Assembly (NCBI GenBank): GCA_950097015.1
Contig: CATNEN010000039.1
Location: 4,774,001 to 4,838,000 of the forward strand
Source: Macrostomum hystrix
Lineage: Eukaryota; Animalia; Platyhelminthes
Length of the DNA: 64,000 bases
Reading direction: 5' to 3'
Below the pieces are notes generated by a model. The model was not told the origin of the DNA and did not search any database. It worked only from the letters and a program-made list of their open reading frames with translations. The position numbers were made by a program, and so were the translations under genes. Positions 36,745 to 48,500 of the stretch are shown piece by piece; the first letter of the stretch is position 1; every line of letters starts with the position of its first letter.

Positions 36745-37339
36745 TGTGACGTGTCAGTTGGGTTAGTGAGGTGTCAGTTAGGTTTGTGAGGTGTCAGTTG
36801 AGTTGGTGAGGTGTCAGTTGAGTTGGTGAGGTGTCAGTAGAGTTGGTGAGGTGTCAGTTGGGTTTGTGAGGTGTCAGTTGAGTTGGTGAGGTGTCAGTAG
36901 AGTTGGTGAGGTGTCAGTTGGGTTTGTGAGGTGTCAGTAGAGTTAATGAGGTGTCAGTAGAGTTGGTGAGGTGTCAGTTGAGTTGGTGAGGTGTCAGTAG
37001 AGTTGGTGAGGTGTCAGTAGAGTTGGTGAGGTGTCAGTAGAGTTGGTGAGGTGTCAGTAGAGTTTGTGAGGTGTCAGTTGAGTTGGTGAGGTGTCAGTTG
37101 GGTTTGTGAGGTGTCAGTAGAGTTGGTGAGGTGTCAGTAGAGTTGGTGAGGTGTCAGTAGAGTTGGTGAGGTGTCAGTAGAGTTGGTGAGGTGTCAGTAG
37201 AGTTTGTGAGGTGTCAGTTGGGTTTGTGAGGTGTCAGTAGAGTTGGTGAGGTGTCAGTAGAGTTGGTGAGGTGTCAGTAGAGTTTGTGAGGTGTCAGTAG
37301 AGTTTGTGAGGTGTCAGTAGAGTTGGTGAGGTGTCAGTT
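36745..37339. repeat. 20-bp minisatellite (gtgtcagtagagttggtgag)
   Basis: Tandem array. Confidence 0.96.
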
Positions 37340-39027
37340 TCGGCCAGGGAATTTTCCTTTGATGTATGCTAGTCACACATTCATTGCACAAACTGTGATT
37401 AGACGCAAAAGACAAAGACTGAGATTAAAACTAGGTTTTTAATCAAGCAGACTTTCTGAACCTCTATGGCTGCTGTGCCAGTGTATTATGCTAAGACGTA
37501 ATCTGAATCACTAAAATAAGACAAACAGTTTTTGATGCATTTAACTAAATATTGGGTTTATCGAAACTATTCGCTGGGCTTAGGTGCATCATTTGTGTAG
37601 GGCGTGTTTCAACTGCTAATTTGAAGTGGTTGTAGATAGTAGACAATAGATATAACAATATAAAACGTTTTCTATAGTCTAAGCTTGTACTAAGTATATC
37701 GACAAGTTTACTCACTAAAGTACGTTCTAACAGCTTTTAACGTAATAAATTGTAAAAGCGAATTAACAAATTAAATAAGTGACAACTCATAAAAGTAAGC
37801 TACAATTAATGCATTATAAAAATTATAAATATTATTTAACAAAATCGTTGTGTGAATCAGCCGGCAGGAAATCAGGTTTGAAAAAAAACAGCTTTACAGT
37901 CAAACAGTGAACAGCTGTTTGATCACATTCAATAATGCCGGTGCTCGGAAATGTACCGCGCGTTAACAAAAATGGTGAACTACAAAGAAATTCTTTGTTA
38001 AGATGAGGCTGCAGATATGTCTTTATAGAGCAAGTGAAATATACCGTTTGTGTACAGCATTAACTGTTTATAAAATTAATATTTGCTAAACATGATGTCG
38101 CTTGCACACAATGTGGATAAGAATGTGATAAGAATATAAAACACCAAATATGTAATATTATGCTAGGATTATCAGACACCGTCCAATATGCATCTGAAAT
38201 TTGTCATTCACTCCCCAGCAACGGGAGACGTTGTTTGTGCGATGTCGCATTGGAAACCGATTGAATAAAAACAATAAGGAAATAAAACACGATTCAATCG
38301 ATATGAAGTGTCACACAATGGAGTAGAGTAATGTAGTGCTGGTGCAGCCAAGACAGGAGCTTGTCATTTTCCTGACTGCCGCAAACAACTGCTTTCGTGC
38401 GTAAGTAAACATTAAACCTTAAATTTTTGCATAGTTACTCTTGCATTGCACTGTGGAATCGATTTCTACTATTTAGCCAGAAGCCGATTACGTTGGATTA
38501 GGCGATAAGACAAAAAAGCAGACGCCAGACCACACGACTGGGTCGGTGTGGCATAGCACGAGTGAAATTTGATTGCGACGCGCCGTTTTGAATTGGAGAA
38601 TACCAAACAGCCTATTTGTACATTTGCTTATGAACTCTTATCGAATCGTTCAGTTGTCTAAAAATAGATCGCCATGTACACGTGCGTACACTAGTCAGCT
38701 CTTTGTTTCCTAACCCTCGGGACACCCCAGCTCCACACCAACCTCACGCCGGATTCCGGGGAGTGAGGTGGTCGTTAATAGGGATGATTGGTTGGGCTCA
38801 TCAATTAAATGAAGGACAAGTACACGCGCACTAGAATAAAAGTTCAACTTATTATAAATACAAGTCTTAGTGCCAAGATCGATGGATCGAAATACCTCGG
38901 TTGTGCAAACAAGGCCGATCTTCTCATTCCCAATGGGAAGCCGGTGTGAATGACACATGATTGACCTAGAAATTGATCTGAACAGCAAGCAACAGTTGTG
39001 TTGTAAAAGTGAGTTTCCGCACCAGCC

Positions 39028-39559
39028 TCACTGAATGGTGCACTTCTCCTGAGCGTCTGAGATCATCTTCTGCGGCACGGCTGTGACGTTGCGCACCGTG
39101 TCCCGAACACCCTCCGGAAGGAAGGACGCAAAGTCCTCCTTCTCCTCGAGGTCTCGCTCGGCGGCCAGCTCCTCCTGCGTTTTGCGCTTCCGGCCGACGC
39201 CCTTGCCGCCGTCGTCCATCTCGCCGAAATTGAATTCCTCCTTCTTCTGAATGTTGTACTGCATGGCGGTGAGTAGTGAGTAGTAGTGTACGGGACGGTT
39301 GCGGTTGGACTGACAAAATACAGCGTCATTTCACTAAGCTCACCTTGTCCCGAATGCCCTGCCGTAGCTCCTCGCGCTCCGCCTCCATCTTCTGGTGCTT
39401 CTCGTCCCGCTTTCGTTTCTCCTCGGCCAGAGCCTCGGCCATGGCGGCCGCCTCCTCCGCCTGCTTCTCGGCGTCCTCCGGGTTGGCCTCCTCGCCGCCA
39501 ATCTTCTTGACGCTGTCCATCTGCTTTCCAACCAGCTGCTTGGCGATGAAGCTGGCCAT
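39028..39559 (-). CDS. CPLX: Complexin, 148 aa; exons 39559-39344 and 39258-39028; C-terminal CAAX (CTIQ)
   Basis: MASFIAKQLVGKQM, EEKRKRDEKHQKMEAEREELRQGIRDK|YNIQKK central helix; phase-0 GT-AG intron. Confidence 0.95.
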
Positions 39560-40675
39560 GGCGCTGTCTGAGGCTCAGTGGTTGCTCTGCGAGTCCGAGA
39601 TTTGCTCTGCTTTCACCTCGCCACGATTTCGCAGCTGTCTGTCGGATCTATTTAGTGAGCAGCCTCTAAGGGGCTGCGGCATCGGTGCTTGGGTCGGGGT
39701 GGGGTCCGACGACTGGGGCCGATGAGCGAGTGAGAGGGGAGACTGGGAGAAACGATCTGATGAGAATAGCATGCACCGCCCCACCCAGCACCTACCCGTT
39801 CATTCCCCAGTCGCGCTATGAGTCCTTTAGCTCCCTACTTTCAACCTTATCCCCCAATCCCACTCGCGCACGAATGCCTCATCGCTTCCCTGCCGGCTAG
39901 ACAGGAGTCCAACAAGGAGGCAAGCGCCTCGAGGGGGTGCGTCGCCCTCCCGCACCGTGTGCTGCCTGCCTGCGTCCCACGGGGATAGGAGCTGAGGTAG
40001 GGGATGTGCGATGCGGGATTGTGAGCGCGCCGCGGGGTGCTACGAATGCAAGTTTGCTCAGCCAGCCTCAGTACTCACGGCTGAGCGCTCCTGCACTCTC
40101 CTTCCTTTCCAAACCGATCGATGGCAGTTCCGACTCCCTCTCCCCGGCCTCACAATCTCTCTCTGGCCCATCCTTTCCTCTCGGCTGCTCCCTCGGGGCT
40201 GCGGACTTTAACGGCGAGCGGGGGGCGGCCCGGGGTTTGGGAGAACCACTTGCGCGAGGAGGATGTCGGAAACGGGAAAGAGAGGGAGAAAGGAGGCACG
40301 CAAGATCAAGTTGAAACTAGATTCCAGCCACAGCCTCTCCTTTGGCGTCTCTGTAGTTCTTCTGGCGCCCGCGCAGACACCCCGCCTCCGGCTTCTCCGA
40401 CTCGCCAGCAGCGCCTCCTTGAGTCGCCAGTCCCGGCCTCCTTTTTATTTTGCTTCGCTTTCTTATTCGCCCTGCCAATCTTTATCATCAGTTTAGCCTC
40501 TCAAAGCCGGTGGACTGCTGGCCGCATTCGGCTCTCACTACTAGCTGCTTTTCAGTAGTATTGCAAGAATGTTCTTAGAATTGATGGAACCTCTTCAACT
40601 GGATAGACGTGTTTAATTTCTTAGATATGTCTTAAAATATCAGTTCGAGATGACGAAGTGAACGAAATAGTTAGG

Positions 40676-41200
40676 AAGTTTACTCACCTGTCAGGTGTTA
40701 GACAAGGTAATTTCACCTGCTGTAAGTTTGCTTACCTGTCAGGTGTTAGACAAGGTAATTTCACCTGCTGTAAGTTTGCTCACCTGTCTGGTGTTAGACA
40801 AGGTAATTTCACCTGCTGTAAGTTTGCTTACCTGTCAGGTGTTAGACAAGGAAATTTCACCTGCTGTAAGTTTGCTTACCTGTCAGGTGTTAGACAAGGA
40901 AATTTCACCTGCTGTAAGTTTGCTCACCTGTCAGGTGTTAGACAAGGAAATTTCACCTGCTGTAAGTTTGCTCACCTGTCAGGTGTTAGACAAGGAAATT
41001 TCACCTGCTGTAAGTTTGCTTACCTGTCAGGTGTTAGACAAGGAAATTTCACCTGCTGTAAGTTTACTTACCTGTCAGGTGTTAGACAAGGAAATTTCAC
41101 CTGCTGTAAGTTTACTTACCTGTCAGGTGTTAGACAAGGTAATTTCACCTGCTGTAAGTTTGCTTACCTGTCAGGTGTTAGACAACGGAGTTTCACTTGT
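40676..41200. repeat. 48-bp minisatellite
   Basis: tttcacctgctgtaagtttgcttacctgtcaggtgttagacaaggaaa, ~11 units. Confidence 0.96.
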
Positions 41201-41677
41201 TGGAGTTTTGGTTGCGTGGTAGCTAAGTGATTAAAAAAATCAATAACATCATTTATTTTCCGCAAAAATTGAATTGCTATTTTTAAACGCTTTTTCCAAA
41301 CTCAGAAATCAGGCAGTGCTCAGCTTAGACAATCATAAAATATACTTTCGATCGATTAAAAACGATTTGAAATGGTTTCTAGAATGATAAAAATGTGAAT
41401 AAAAAACAAATCTGCCTTTTCCACGAATGCTTCCACAGTTGATTAATTAAACACTCTAATTAAGGGGATTGAATTGCTTCATAAAGTAGTTTTTAGAAAA
41501 AAAGAAATAAAAATCAACTTAATTCCTGACTTCATTCACTATAAACATAAATACTCGTAATTCTATTTGTTGCCACTAAACCAGTTCAGAATATGGCTTT
41601 CAATAACATTACGAGTCGCTTACTTTTTATTTAGGGAAAAAGAGAGTGCCATAAAAATAGCATGATAGTAGCAAAAC

Positions 41678-42135
41678 AGTGACAGGGGGAAGGAGAGAGA
41701 GTGACGGAAGGAATAGGAGAGTGACGGAAGGAATAGGAGAGTGACAGAGGGAAAGAGTATGACCGAGGCAAACAGAGAGTGACAGAGGGAAAGAGAGAGT
41801 GACAGAGGGAAAGAGAGAGTGACAGAGGGAAACGGAGAGTGACAGAGTGAATAAGAGAGTGACAGAGTGAATAAGAGAGTGACAGAGGGAATAAGAGAGT
41901 GACAGAGGGAAAGAGAGTGTGACAGAGGCAAACAGAGAGTGACACAGGGAAACAGAGAGTGACAGAGGGAAAGAGAGAGTGACAGAGGGAAAGAGAGAGT
42001 GACAGAGGGAAAGAGAGAGTGACAGAGGGAAAGAGAGAGTGACAGAGGGAAAGAGAGAGTGACAGAGGGAAAGAGAGAGTGACAGAGGGAAAGAGAGAGT
42101 GACAGAGGGAAAGAGAGAGTCAAGAGAGAGTGACA
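41678..42135. repeat. 20-bp purine-rich minisatellite (gagagtgacagagggaaaga)
   Basis: Tandem array. Confidence 0.95.
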
Positions 42136-42429
42136 TAAGGAAACTGAACCAGATTCAGTGTGAAAGAGTTTTGAGTTTATTTCAAACTTAAAGAAGAGCT
42201 CACAATATGTGAGCTGGCAAAGGAAATTTTTGCTGGCCCAGAAAAAAAGATCTAATAAGGTGGATTAGTGGGCCTCATTTAATATTAGCAGTCTAAATTG
42301 TCGGTAATGAGTGCCAATGCTGAAAAATTGCTTCATTTGGGTTTATCTAGCCGAACATGCTAGTATGAATAGCAGAGCATATTCTCATGTGTGGCTTCAT
42401 CGCTGAAGTACTTTTTGACTGACTAGATT

Positions 42430-44152
42430 TGAGGGGCAGAGGGTAGATCAGAGGGCAGATTGGGAAGCGGAGGGGCAAATTGGATAGCGGAGGGGCAGAT
42501 TGGGTAGCGGAAGGGCAGATTGGGAAACGTAGGGGGGCAGATTGGATAGCGGAGGGGCAGATTGGGTAGCGGAGAGGCAGATTGGGTAGCGGAGGGGCAG
42601 CGGAGGTGGCAGATTGGGTAGCGGAGGGGGCAGATTGGGTAGCGGAGGGGCAGCGGAGGGGGCAGATTGGGTTGCGGAGGGGTAGATTGGGTAGCGGAGA
42701 GGCAGATTGGGTAGCGGAGAGGCAGATTGGGTAGCGGAGGGGCAGTGGAGGTGGCAGATTGGGTAGCGGAGGGGGCAGATTGGGTAGCGGAGGGGCAGCG
42801 GAGGGGGCAGATTGGGTTGCGGAGGGGTAGATTGGGTTGCGGAGGGGCAGATTGGGTAGCGGAGAGGCAGATTGGGTAGCGGAGGGGCAGATTGGGTAGC
42901 GGAGGGGCAGTGGAGGTGGCAGATTGGGTAGCGGAGGGGGCAGATTGGGTAGCGGAGGGGCAGCGGAGGGGGCAGATTGGGTTGCGGAGGGGTAGATTGG
43001 GTTGCGGAGGGGCAGATTGGGTAGCGGAGAGGCAGATTGGGTAGCGGAGGGGCAGATTGGGTAGCGTAGGGGGCAGATTGGGTAGCGTAGGGGGCAGATT
43101 GTGTAGCGGAGGGGCAGATTGGATAGTGTAGGGGGGCAGATTGGGTAGCGGAGGGGGCAGATTGGGTAGCGTAGGGGGCAGATTGGGTAGCGTAGGGAGC
43201 AGATTGTGTAGCGGAGGGGGCAGATTGGATAGTGTTGGGGGCAGATTGGGTAGCGGAGGGGGCAGATTGGATAGTGGAGGGGGCAGATTGGGTAGCGGAG
43301 GGGCAGATTGGGTAGCGGAGGGGGCAGATTGGATAGTGGAGGGGGTAGATTGGGTAGCGGAGGGGCAGATTGGGTAGCGGAGGGGGCAGATTGGATAGTG
43401 GAGGGGGCAGATTGGGTAGCGGAGGGGCAGATTGGGTAGCGTTGGGGGCAGATTGGGTAGCGGAGGGGGCAGATTGGATAGTGGAGGGGGGCAGATTGGG
43501 TAGCGGAGGGGGCAGATTGGGTAGCGTAGGGGGCAGATTGGGTAGCGTAGGGAGTAGATTGTGTAGCGGAGGGGGCAGATTGGATAGTGTAGGGGGCAGA
43601 TTGGGTAGCGGAGGGGGCAGATTGGATAGTGGAGGGGGCAGATTGGGTAGCGGAGGGGCAGATTGGGTAGCGGAGGGGGCAGATTGGATAGTGGAGGGGG
43701 TAGATTGGGTAGCGGAGGGGCAGATTGGGTAGCGGAGGGGGCAGATTGGATAGTGGAGGGGGCAGATTGGGTAGCGGAGGGGCAGATTGGGTAGCGGAGG
43801 GGGCAGATTGGATAGTGGAGGGGGTAGATTGGGTAGCGGAGGGGCAGATTGGGTAGCGGAGGGGGCAGATTGGATAGTGGAGGGGGCAGATTGGGTAGCG
43901 GAGGGGCAGATTGGGTAGCGTAGGGGGCAGATTGGGTAGCGGAGGGGGCAGATTGGATAGTGGAGGGGGCAGATTGGGTAGCGGAGGGGGCAGATTGGGT
44001 AGCGTAGGGGGCAGATTGGGTAGCGGAGGGGGCAGATTGGATAGTGGAGGGGCAGATTGTGTAGCGGAGGGGGCAGATTGGGTAGCGGAGGGGGCAGATT
44101 GGGTAGCGTAGGGGGGCAGATTGGGTTGCGGAGGGGCAGATTGGGTAGCGAA
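42430..44152. repeat. 20-21-bp G-rich minisatellite (gcagattgggtagcggagggg)
   Basis: Tandem array with GGG/GGGGG runs. Confidence 0.96.
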
Positions 44153-44476
44153 GTGGACATTATCATGCAGAACCGCCCCCAGAAGGCTCAGCACGGGTTA
44201 AACTAAAAATGGAAATCTCTTCGATTTGCATGACTTCACACGAGAAATCCGTTCAAAAAGTTGTTCCGCTGATCTTTAGTCTCTGTGTCACGCTCATTTG
44301 TTTCATTTTATTTTCGGCTGTTGGTTCAGGTACACTGGCTCTCTGCAGTTAAACAATGCGTCAAAAAGAAGGAAAAACTGAGCTGATTAAGAGTGTTCTC
44401 AAAGCGGAACCAGCCCATCAGCTACAGGGCTGACCAGAGCGGGTGAGAAAAAGAGGCTGCAATGGGAGCTCAGCGG

Positions 44477-45303
44477 TCACCAGTCCGTGACGAAGCGCTT
44501 GTTCAGCTTCTCCAGGATCTGGTCCCAGAGCCGGCCTTCCTCAGCTGGCGTCAGACCCGACAGTCGATGCTTGACGATGAGTCCTCCGTCACGGCCAGAT
44601 GCTTCGGAATCTGCGGATGCGACATTGAGCAGTCAGCATTCTGAGCATAGGATGCGGCATTGAATTCTGAGCATAGGATGCGACATTGAGCAGTCAGCAT
44701 TCTGAGCATAGGATGCGACATTGAGCAGTCAGCATTCTGAGCATAGGATGCGACATTGAGCAGTCAGCATTCTGAGCATAGGATGCGACATTGAGCAGTC
44801 AGCATTCTGAGCATAGGATGCGACATTGAGCAGTCAGCATTCTGAGCATAGGATGCGACATTGAGCAGTCAGCATTCTGAGCATAGGATGCGACATTGAG
44901 CAGTCAGCATTCTGAGCATAGGATGCGACATTGAGCAGTCAGCATTCTGAGCATAGGATGCGACATTGAGCAGTCAGCATTCTGAGCATAGGATGCGACA
45001 TTGAGCAGTCAGCATTCTGAGCATAGGATGCGACATTGAGCAGTCAGCATTCTGAGCATAGGATGCGACATTGAGCAGTCAGCATTCTGAGCATGAGATG
45101 CTAACTGTATCAGCATCATCAGAGTGGACTCACCGGAATCCTGAACTGGTTGAGCTGTGCTGCAACCTGCAATGGCGGAACATGCTCAGCACCATGAATC
45201 GATATTGTCGACTCGAATCAAATCAAATCAAATAGACTCAATTGAACTCACCCAGCTGGATTACGAGCAGTAAAATCAAGACAAGATGCAGATGGCCAGT
45301 CAT
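44477..45303 (-). CDS. Putative small secreted prepropeptide, 72 aa; exons 45303-45252, 45166-45134, 44610-44477
   Basis: Two strong GTGAGT donors, CAG acceptors, both introns phase 1. Product MTGHLHLVLILLLVIQLGCSTA-QPVQDSDSEASGRDGGLIVKHRLSGLTPAEEGRLWDQILEKLN-KR-FVTDW*. Confidence 0.72.
44615..45095. repeat. 35-bp intronic minisatellite (ctgagcataggatgcgacattgagcagtcagcatt)
   Basis: Near-perfect tandem array. Confidence 0.96.
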
Positions 45304-45572
45304 GATTTCAAAAGTGCCTTTCAAACTGTGGAATTTAATGAGGATTTGAGTCCCTGACAGAGGCTGCAGCAGCATGGTAGAGAATGCAGCAGCATTTATG
45401 CTTTGTGATCCGGTCTGCTTCATGCAGGTTTTTTCGCCAGTCTTAACTCATTGGCTGATGCCAGATGGCAGGGGCTGGGTTGGCTGACTGACTGCCTTGA
45501 GTTACCAATGCCAGAACTCTAGGCTAATGAATTGGGGCAGCTACGGCTTCCAAAAATGCGAACTAACGAGTA

Positions 45573-48500
45573 GTCCTAAAGAATCTGCCAAAGAATCGTC
45601 CTAAAGAATCATCCTAAAGAATCGTCCTAAAGAATCATCCTAAAGAATCGTCCTAAAGAATCATCCTAAAGAATCGTCCTAAAGAATCTTCCAAAGAATC
45701 ATCCTAAAGAATCGTCCTAAAGAATCATCCTAAAGAATCGTCCTAAAGAATCTTCCAAAGAATCATCCTAAAGAATCGTCCTAAAGAATCTGCCAAAGAA
45801 TCGTCCTAAAGAATCATCCTAAAGAATCGTCCTAAAGAATCATCCTAAAGAATCGTCCTAAAGAATCATCCTAAAGAATCGTCCTAAAGAATCTTCCAAA
45901 GAATCATCCTAAAGAATCGTCCTAAAGAATCGTCCTAAAGAACCGCCCTAAAGAATCGTCCTAAAGAATCTTCCAAAGAATCGTCCTAAAGAATCATCCT
46001 AAAGAATCGTCCTAAAGAATCATCCTAAAGAATCGTCCTAAAGAATCTTCCAAAGAATCATCCTAAAGAATCGTCCTAAAGAATCTGCCAAAGAATCGTC
46101 CTAAAGAATCATCCTAAAGAATCGTCCTAAAGAATCATCCTAAAGAATCGTCCTAAAGAACCGCCCTAAAGAATCTGCCAAAGAATCATCCTAAAGAATC
46201 GTCCTAAAGAATCTGCCAAAGAATCGTCCTAAAGAATCATCCTAAAGAATCGTCCTAAAGAATCATCCTAAAGAATCGTCCTAAAGAATCTGCCAAAGAA
46301 TCGTCCTAAAGAATCATCCTAAAGAATCGTCCTAAAGAATCATCCTAAAGAATCGTCCTAAAGAATCATCCTAAAGAATCGTCCTAAAGAATCTTCCAAA
46401 GAATCATCCTAAAGAATCGTCCTAAAGAATCGTCCTAAAGAACCGCCCTAAAGAATCGTCCTAAAGAATCTTCCAAAGAATCGTCCTAAAGAATCATCCT
46501 AAAGAATCGCCCTAAAGAATCATCCTAAAGAATCGTCCTAAAGAATCTGCCAAAGAATCGTCCTAAAGAATCATCCTAAAGAATCGTCCTAAAGAATCAT
46601 CCTAAAGAATCGTCCTAAAGAATCATCCTAAAGAATCGTCCTAAAGAATCTTCCAAAGAATCATCCTAAAGAATCATCCTAAAGAATCATCCTAAAGAAT
46701 CGTCCTAAAGAATCTTCCAAAGAATCATCCTAAAGAATCGTCCTAAAGAATCTTCCAAAGAATCATCCTAAAGAATCATCCTAAAGAATCATCCTAAAGA
46801 ATCGTCCTAAAGAATCTTCCAAAGAATCATCCTAAAGAATCGTCCTAAAGAATCTGCCAAAGAATCGTCCTAAAGAATCATCCTAAAGAATCATCCTAAA
46901 GAATCGTCCTAAAGAATCTTCCAAAGAATCATCCTAAAGAATCGTCCTAAAGAATCTTCCAAAGAATCATCCTAAAGAATCGTCCTAAAGAATCGTCCTA
47001 AAGAACCGCCCTAAAGAATCGTCCTAAAGAATCTTCCAAAGAATCGTCCTAAAGAATCATCCTAAAGAATCATCCTAAAGAATCGTCCTAAAGAATCGTC
47101 CTAAAGAATCTTCCAAAGAATCATCCTAAAGAATCATCCTAAAGAATCGTCCTAAAGAATCGTCCTAAAGAATCTTCCAAAGAATCATCCTAAAGAATCG
47201 TCCTAAAGAATCGTCCTAAAGAACCGCCCTAAAGAATCGTCCTAAAGAATCTTCCAAAGAATCGTCCTAAAGAATCGTCCTAAAGAATCGTCCTAAAGAA
47301 TCTTCCAAAGAATCATCCTAAAGAATCATCCTAAAGAATCGTCCTAAAGAATCGTCCTAAAGAATCTTCCAAAGAATCATCCTAAAGAATCGTCCTAAAG
47401 AATCGTCCTAAAGAACCGCCCTAAAGAATCGTCCTAAAGAATCTTCCAAAGAATCATCCTAAAGAATCGTCCTAAAGAATCTTCCAAAGAATCATCCTAA
47501 AGAATCGTCCTAAAGAATCGTCCTAAAGAACCGCCCTAAAGAATCATCCTAAAGAATCTTCCAAAGAATCGTCCTAAAGAATCATCCTAAAGAATCATCC
47601 TAAAGAATCGTCCTAAAGAATCGTCCTAAAGAATCTTCCAAAGAATCGTCCTAAAGAATCGTCCTAAAGAATCTTCCAAAGAATCATCCTAAAGAACCGT
47701 CCTAAAAAATCGTCCTAAAGAATCGTCCTAAAGAACCGCCCTAAAGAATCGTCCTAAAGAATCGTCCTAAAGAATCGTCCTAAAGAATCGTCCTAAAGAA
47801 TCGTCCTAAAGAATCGCCCTAAAGAATCGTCCTAAAGAATCGTCCTAAAGAACCACCCTAAAGAATCGTCCTAAAGAATCTTCCAAAGAATCATCCTTCC
47901 AAAGAATCGTCCTAAAGAATCATCCTAAAGAATCGTCCTAAAGAATCTTCCAAAGAATCGTCCTAAAGAATCATCCTAAAGAATCATCCTAAAGAATCGT
48001 CCTAAAGAATCGTCCTAAAGAATCATCCTAAAGAATCATCCTAAAGAATCGTCCTAAAGAATCTTCCAAAGAATCATCCTAAAGAATCGTCCTAAAGAAT
48101 CGTCCTAAAGAACCGCCCTAAAGAATCGTCCTAAAGAATCTTCCAAAGAATCGTCCTAAAGAATCATCCTAAAGAATCGCCCTAAAGAATCATCCTAAAG
48201 AATCGTCCTAAAGAATCTGCCAAAGAATCGTCCTAAAGAATCATCCTAAAGAATCGTCCTAAAGAATCATCCTAAAGAATCGTCCTAAAGAATCATCCTA
48301 AAGAATCGTCCTAAAGAATCATCCTAAAGAATCGTCCTAAAGAATCTTCCAAAGAATCATCCTAAAGAATCATCCTAAAGAATCATCCTAAAGAATCGTC
48401 CTAAAGAATCTTCCAAAGAATCATCCTAAAGAATCGTCCTAAAGAATCTTCCAAAGAATCATCCTAAAGAATCATCCTAAAGAATCATCCTAAAGAATCG

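Noticed and set aside
39758-39790. Other CTGATGA matches as hammerheads (also ~3338, ~54588)
   Set aside because: No stem II followed by GAAA and no cleavage triplet.
42347-44194. 615- and 572-aa Pro-rich extensin-like ORFs
   Set aside because: They come from the C-rich strand of a 20/21-bp repeat that cycles through frames.
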